Shown here piece by piece: positions 59,380-64,000 of a DNA stretch of 64,000 nt; within the stretch, counting starts at the first letter, position 1, and every line of letters starts with the position of its first letter. Position numbers and translations under genes: made by a program. Below the pieces are notes generated by a model, which was given only the letters and a program-made list of their open reading frames with translations, was not told the origin of the DNA and made no database searches. The stretch spans positions 596 through 64,595 of the forward strand of contig CAMYZH010000003.1 of NCBI GenBank assembly GCA_947303785.1. The letters are read 5' to 3'. Source of the DNA: an uncultured Clostridium sp. Its GTDB lineage: Bacteria; Bacillota; Clostridia; TANB77; CAG-508.

Positions 59380-60354
59380 ATGAGTTTTGAAAACACAAAA
59401 GATTTATTAAGTTTTTTTTCTGAAGAAAATTTAAGTTTTCTAAAAAACATTAATCAAGAACTATCTAAAATTGATATTCTAACTGAAAAGAACAGAGAAA
59501 AGAAAGAAAAATATTCTTTATTTTTAACTGCCCTTACCACAAAAGACTTTTCAAATACAAATAAAGAATACTTTTTAGATGTAAAAAATATTTATTCCCT
59601 TTTAGATAATAATTCTATAACACTAAAAAATTTAAAAAATACTCTTTCACTTTTAAATGCAAGGCTATTAACATTAGTATTATCAAATGAAAACAGTAAT
59701 ACTGCAGGGCTTGTAAATCAGATAAATGACTTGTTAAATCAATATATAGAACTACTAGATGATATGAAAAAAACATTTGTGCAAAACAATATAACTATAA
59801 ACACATTTACATCATATCATTCTACTAAACTATTACTTACCACATTTGATATGGAACTTGGGGATAATTTAGATGAACAATTAACCCTTGCTTCACCTAA
59901 TGCTACATTTGGTAAAATCGAAACTACATATTCTGATTTATTAGGAATGACCGAAAATGAAACATTAATTATTTCTGAAAAAGAAAACAAAGTATACCTT
60001 CCATATAAGAAAACAGAATTAAAATCATATATGACACAATATCCGAACTCATATTATTCATATAAAAATGTTATAGAAAAAGAATTTATATTACCACTTA
60101 ATTATTTCTCTCATAATCCTTCAATAGCAAGATTCAGAGAGACATACGCATTATATCGTGACAGAGAAGCCTCAAGCATTGTAGAATCTTTAAAACAAGC
60201 ATTTCATCTTGCGTTTAAAGCAGAACTAAATCCCGCAATAATAGCTGCTTGCAAGACAAAAAAACAACTTAACAATTATCTATTATGTTTAAACGAAAAT
60301 AAAGCAGAAGAATTTGCAGATTTTAAAATAGTATATGATATGAATCCAATATAG
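59380..60354 (+). CDS. Hypothetical helical protein
   Basis: ORF with no recognisable motif. Its stop codon overlaps repeat unit 3a. Confidence 0.4.
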   Translation: MSFENTKDLLSFFSEENLSFLKNINQELSKIDILTEKNREKKEKYSLFLTALTTKDFSNTNKEYFLDVKNIYSLLDNNSITLKNLKNTLSLLNARLLTLVLSNENSNTAGLVNQINDLLNQYIELLDDMKKTFVQNNITINTFTSYHSTKLLLTTFDMELGDNLDEQLTLASPNATFGKIETTYSDLLGMTENETLIISEKENKVYLPYKKTELKSYMTQYPNSYYSYKNVIEKEFILPLNYFSHNPSIARFRETYALYRDREASSIVESLKQAFHLAFKAELNPAIIAACKTKKQLNNYLLCLNENKAEEFADFKIVYDMNPI

Positions 60355-60417
60355 TGTCAAATGGGACGGAGGATTTTGACACTAAATTTATGTCAAATGG
60401 GACGCCCTTTTTTGACA
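60354..60417. repeat. Two direct copies of the palindromic repeat unit (locus 3: 60354-60383 and 60391-60417)
   Basis: GTGTCAAATGGGACGGAGGATTTTGACACT and TGTCAAATGGGACGCCCTTTTTTGACA. Confidence 0.8.
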
Positions 60418-60502
60418 GCTTTAAAATGTATAAATAAAAAACACTAATATGTCACAGTTTTTAACTACATTCCATATTAGTGTTTTTATATTTCTTTAGT
60501 TT

Positions 60503-61951
60503 TTACATTCTAACATAAACTGAAGCTGTTCCGCCTAAAACTTTAAATACACCAAATCCTTCTGCATCTATTATTATTTCATCACCTTGATGATCTAAAA
60601 TATCGGTAAACCATTCTCCTGCGAATTTCTTTCCAACATACATTCTTTTATATCCATCATATTTATCAGAAATTATAACTGCAAGTCCAGATTTATAATG
60701 CTCATCATCTCCAAGTCTTGTAAAGCCCACCACATTAGGATCATCAAAGTAGTCTATTTGCTCTCCATATGCTCTATCTTTTCTAATCTCTAATAAATCC
60801 TTTAATTTTCCAACAGGATTAATATCATCATGCTTAATTCCATAATAATCTCCATAAAAAATGCAAGGATAACCTTCCTTATTAAGTAAAATAATTGCAT
60901 ATGCACTTTCTTTAAACCAACCTTCAACCCACGATTCTAATGATTGCCCTGGCTGTGTATCGTGATTATCAACAAATGTAACACATCTATCAGGATTATT
61001 TTTTAGAAGAGTATTATCCAGTAGCTTAGATAGATCATACTCTCCATTAGACCTTGAAGCCATCCAAAAATTATAATGAAGTGGTACATCAAAAAGCCCT
61101 AAAGCCCCGCCAGTTTTATCTATATAATCAATAAGTTCGGTAACATCTGCATTCCAATACTCTCCAACTGAATATAATTCTTTTTTAGAATAATTTCTCA
61201 TATCATTTATAAACATTTTTATAAAGTCTGAATCAATGTGTTTAACAGCATCAAATCTCATACCATCAATTCCAGTAAAATCAATATACCATTTTCCCCA
61301 TTTTAAGCATTCATCTACAACTTCTGGATTTTGGAAATCTATATCAGCTCCCATCAAATAATCAAAATTTCCATGTTCTTTATCAACATTCATTTTCCAA
61401 GTCTTATTTTTTATTTTATATAATCCAAATTCTTTGGTTCTAGAATTATAGTCTATACCACTAAAATGTGTCCAATTCCACTCAAAATCAGAATACTTAT
61501 GATTTCTTCCGGGAAAAGTAAACTTAGTCCAAACCTCCACTGTTTCTTCTTTACCAATCTCCTTATTCCTATTGTTCCAGTCACATCTAATGGCTTTGAT
61601 TGTTTGAGTTTTGTCTCCTCCCATTTTATGATTTAAGACTATATCTGCATAAACATCAATACCATTTTGTTGCAAACTTATTATTGCATTTAAATACTCA
61701 TCTTTTGTCCCATACTTAGTTGCAATAGTTCCTTTTTGGTCAAATTCACCTAAATCATATAAGTCATATACTCCATATCCAACTTCACTCTCACCATTTA
61801 TTCCTTTATATGCTGGAGGTAGCCAAATTGAAGTAATACCTAATTTTGATAGTTCTTCTCCCTTTTTTGTAAGACTATTCCATAGATTTTTATTACAATT
61901 TAAATACCATTCAAAATATTGCATCATTACACCGTTGATTTCTTTTTTCAT
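60503..61951 (-). CDS. Cytoplasmic alpha-amylase (GH13)
   Basis: MMQYFEWY N-terminal motif, GH13 catalytic motifs (GMRFDAVKH), and no signal peptide. Confidence 0.9.
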   Translation of the reverse strand: MKKEINGVMMQYFEWYLNCNKNLWNSLTKKGEELSKLGITSIWLPPAYKGINGESEVGYGVYDLYDLGEFDQKGTIATKYGTKDEYLNAIISLQQNGIDVYADIVLNHKMGGDKTQTIKAIRCDWNNRNKEIGKEETVEVWTKFTFPGRNHKYSDFEWNWTHFSGIDYNSRTKEFGLYKIKNKTWKMNVDKEHGNFDYLMGADIDFQNPEVVDECLKWGKWYIDFTGIDGMRFDAVKHIDSDFIKMFINDMRNYSKKELYSVGEYWNADVTELIDYIDKTGGALGLFDVPLHYNFWMASRSNGEYDLSKLLDNTLLKNNPDRCVTFVDNHDTQPGQSLESWVEGWFKESAYAIILLNKEGYPCIFYGDYYGIKHDDINPVGKLKDLLEIRKDRAYGEQIDYFDDPNVVGFTRLGDDEHYKSGLAVIISDKYDGYKRMYVGKKFAGEWFTDILDHQGDEIIIDAEGFGVFKVLGGTASVYVRM

Positions 61952-61970
61952 CTGTTAAAAATTCCTCCTA

Positions 61971-62501
61971 CTACTCTGCATTCTTTATTTCTTGAATTTT
62001 TTCATTTTTCTGCAATTCAGGTTCTAAAAACTTAAAGCACTTTTTATTTTTGTTCATAACAGCAACACCTACATCTATGTCATTTCTTAATCTTTTACTT
62101 GCGTATTTTACAATAATTGGCTTATTATCAATAGCTTTTAAAACTACATCTTTGTCATCTCTCATATGTTCAGATGCAAAATACAATATTTGGCCAGACT
62201 TTTCTAGTCCCGCAAGCAATAAATCTTTGTCCTCCTTCAAAGATTCGTCTACATAGCAATAAGTCCATCCCAGCTTACTTACAGATTCATAAACTATTTC
62301 TCTATCTTTTCTTAAATCATTTCCTGCAAATTCTAAAGCTTCTGGATTGTTTTTTACAGCATCTAACACGATTTCTCTATCATCGTGAAATCTGTCTGCA
62401 GCAAACTCCAAAAGCTTACCATTTTCATTTACAGTCTTCAACACATATTCCCTATTATCGCAATTCTGTCTCATTTGCGTAATTTCAGGTGCTTCGGGCA
62501 T
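61971..62501 (-). CDS. DUF4116 repeat protein
   Basis: Four repeats of the pattern ...D(R/K)E(I/V)VLxAVKNNPxALE(F/Y)A.... Confidence 0.65.
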   Translation of the reverse strand: MPEAPEITQMRQNCDNREYVLKTVNENGKLLEFAADRFHDDREIVLDAVKNNPEALEFAGNDLRKDREIVYESVSKLGWTYCYVDESLKEDKDLLLAGLEKSGQILYFASEHMRDDKDVVLKAIDNKPIIVKYASKRLRNDIDVGVAVMNKNKKCFKFLEPELQKNEKIQEIKNAE

Positions 62502-62565
62502 TTTAATCCTTCCCTTCTTACTCTACTTTTTTTATTTTATATATATTTAAAAAAAAAATCAAGTA

Positions 62566-62693
62566 TGTCAAACGGGACTGTCAAATGGGACGGGCTATTT
62601 TGACACTCTAAAAAAATAAATACCAATAAGTTTTAGTATTAATACTTAAAGAGTGTCAAAATAGCCCGTCCCATTTGACAGCCCCGTTTGACA
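62566..62693. repeat. Compound palindrome: [partial unit][full unit]-42 bp-[full unit, inverted][partial unit, inverted] (locus 4)
   Basis: TGTCAAACGGGAC|TGTCAAATGGGACGGGCTATTTTGACACTC ... GAGTGTCAAAATAGCCCGTCCCATTTGACA|GCCCCGTTTGACA. Confidence 0.8.
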
Positions 62694-62694
62694 T

Positions 62695-62735
62695 AAAAAA
62701 GTCACCTAATTCAGGTGTAGCCTAAATTAGGTGAT
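62695..62735 (-). terminator. rnpB terminator (cacctaatt...aattaggtg followed by T run on the minus strand)
   Basis: Perfect 9-bp stem immediately 3' of the RNase P RNA, then TTTTTTAT. Confidence 0.65.
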
Positions 62736-62740
62736 ATAAA

Positions 62741-63100
62741 AAGTAAGTCTATAAGCCGGGTTCTGTCTTGAATAGCCATTTATCTAGGATATATATCACT
62801 ATATACCTCAAGCCACCTACGCTAAACCAAAAAGAGACGAGCAGTCTTTATCTTTTTGTTAATTGCAAGATGTTGCTCCAGGTGGGGTTTACACGAACAA
62901 GGAATATCACTATTCCTCCGGTGAGCTCTTACCTCACCTTTTCACCCTTACCTTATATATTATAAGGCGGTAATTTTCTGTTGCACTTTCCTTAAGGTCT
63001 CCCTCACTAGACGTTATCTAGCACCATTGCTCTATGGGGCCCGGACTTTCCTCTCATGAATTCTCACGAATTTCATCAGCGACTATTCGGCTTACTCTAT
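62741..63100 (-). ncRNA. rnpB: RNase P RNA, bacterial type A
   Basis: The reverse complement contains GGAAAGTCCGGGC-CCATAG-GCA, AAGGAAAGTGCAACAGAAA, GGTAAGGGTGAAAAGGTG-GGTAAGAGC-CACC, GTGTAAACCCCACC-GGAGCAA and the 3' GACAGAACCCGGCTTA. The 5' UAAGCCG pairs with the 3' CGGCUUA to form P1. Confidence 0.85.
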
Positions 63101-63207
63101 GTATTATTTTAACTGTTTTTATGTCTTATGTCAATTAGATTTTTTGTCTTAAGTTAATCTTTAAATAATAGAAAAGAGAAGCTGCCAGAGCAGCTTCTCT
63201 GAAAGGA

Positions 63208-63438
63208 TTATTGCGGTTTCGTCGTCCGGCAAAGGAAGATTATTTGTCTTCCTTTTGCCACGAAACACACTTTTTCGCCTCTTACGAGGCTTAAAGCAGT
63301 TTGGTAGGCACTCTTCCTGTTTTTATAAATGAAAAATAGCCCACCCTTTTTAAGGGTTATTTCTATTCTTTTACCGGTCTGCTCGACAGACACCACTATA
63401 TCAGTGTTTGCCTCTCCATTAGATGTCAATATTGTCAT
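63208..63438 (-). CDS. Doubtful small ORF (76 aa) overlapping stable hairpins
   Basis: ORF only. The same region has GAAGCTGC-caga-GCAGCTTC and GGCAAAGGAAGA-N8-TCTTCCTTTGCC hairpins. Confidence 0.2.
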   Translation of the reverse strand: MTILTSNGEANTDIVVSVEQTGKRIEITLKKGGLFFIYKNRKSAYQTALSLVRGEKVCFVAKGRQIIFLCRTTKPQ

Positions 63439-63625
63439 TCTTTCTCCTTTACTTTTGTTTGGTTTTTATGTAACCTTATTCTAATTATAACACTTTTTAC
63501 TCTAGCTATCAACAGCACAATTCTATAAATTTATGTACACACCTTCACATTTCAATACTTTTAATATTTATCCACTTTCCTAAAAAATAATCATATCTGA
63601 CTAAAATAAACACAAAAATAAGGCT

Positions 63626-63880
63626 TTAATTAAAAGCCTTATACTCAAAATTACTCATAAATTCAAATAACTCTTGAACTCTTTTTAATGTAATAATCTC
63701 ATTTTTCTGCAATGCTGACTTTTTAAGTTCAGTCACCATCTCTTTTTTATAGCAATTTTTTTGCATTTTATAAATCAAATAACGAATTCCCATATAATCA
63801 AAATATATTTGATATCCATCATTTAAATCTTTCCAAAATTGTTTAAAATTATATTCTTCCATAACTTCAATCCCTATCAA
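63626..63880 (-). CDS. Hypothetical 84-aa protein
   Basis: ORF only. Confidence 0.35.
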   Translation of the reverse strand: MIGIEVMEEYNFKQFWKDLNDGYQIYFDYMGIRYLIYKMQKNCYKKEMVTELKKSALQKNEIITLKRVQELFEFMSNFEYKAFN

Positions 63881-63940
63881 AACACTTATTAATAAACACT
63901 CAAATCAAAACTATTTATTTACAAGTTTAACACTATTTAA

Positions 63941-64000
63941 TCATTTCTTCAAACTGAGCTTCAGAAATAACAGATATTCCTAACTGATTTGCCTTATCTA
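63941..64000 (-). CDS. 3' end of a gene continuing beyond the window (...DKANQLGISVISEAQFEEMIK*), possibly the BRCT-like C-terminus of a DNA ligase
   Basis: Open minus-strand frame running to the window edge. The identification is weak. Confidence 0.25.

Noticed and set aside
23972-62693. The palindromic repeats as a CRISPR array
   Set aside because: The units are self-complementary, occur singly or in inverted pairs at dispersed loci with no regular repeat-spacer periodicity, and no cas genes are present.

Overview
This is an AT-rich (roughly 28-30% GC) chromosomal segment of a low-GC Firmicute, probably in the Clostridia/Tissierellia group; almost every gene is on the minus strand. Housekeeping genes are clpB with an hsp20 gene (heat-shock locus with a CIRCE-like operator), rny, murD, xerD-like, dapA-dapB, galE, rnpB (type A RNase P RNA) and tRNA-Leu(UAG). 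Between them sit several accessory loci. The most unusual are: (i) four head-to-tail two-gene cassettes at about 32-45.3 kb, each a large unrelated cytoplasmic protein followed by a conserved ~150-aa protein with a SUKH/SMI1-like N-terminal motif, next to tRNA-Leu; (ii) a six-gene operon encoding a divergent Ser/Thr kinase with a non-ATG start, a vWA protein, a PP2C phosphatase (a YegI/YegL/PphC-like triad) and three paralogous membrane proteins; (iii) a SipW-type signal peptidase fused to a large polytopic membrane domain, with small secreted proteins that appear to carry SipW-cognate signal peptides; (iv) murD translationally coupled to a Cys-rich PP-loop ATPase, possibly a MurD2/MurL-like route; (v) a previously unrecognised palindromic repeat family (GTGTCAAA-GGGACGCCC-TTTGACAC) present at four intergenic loci at gene 3' ends; (vi) an ABC exporter gene broken by a 1-nt frameshift; (vii) a cadC-HMA-cadA metal-efflux operon and an LtaS-like/UDP-sugar pyrophosphorylase/GalE envelope module. 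No CRISPR array, integrase or prophage was seen.
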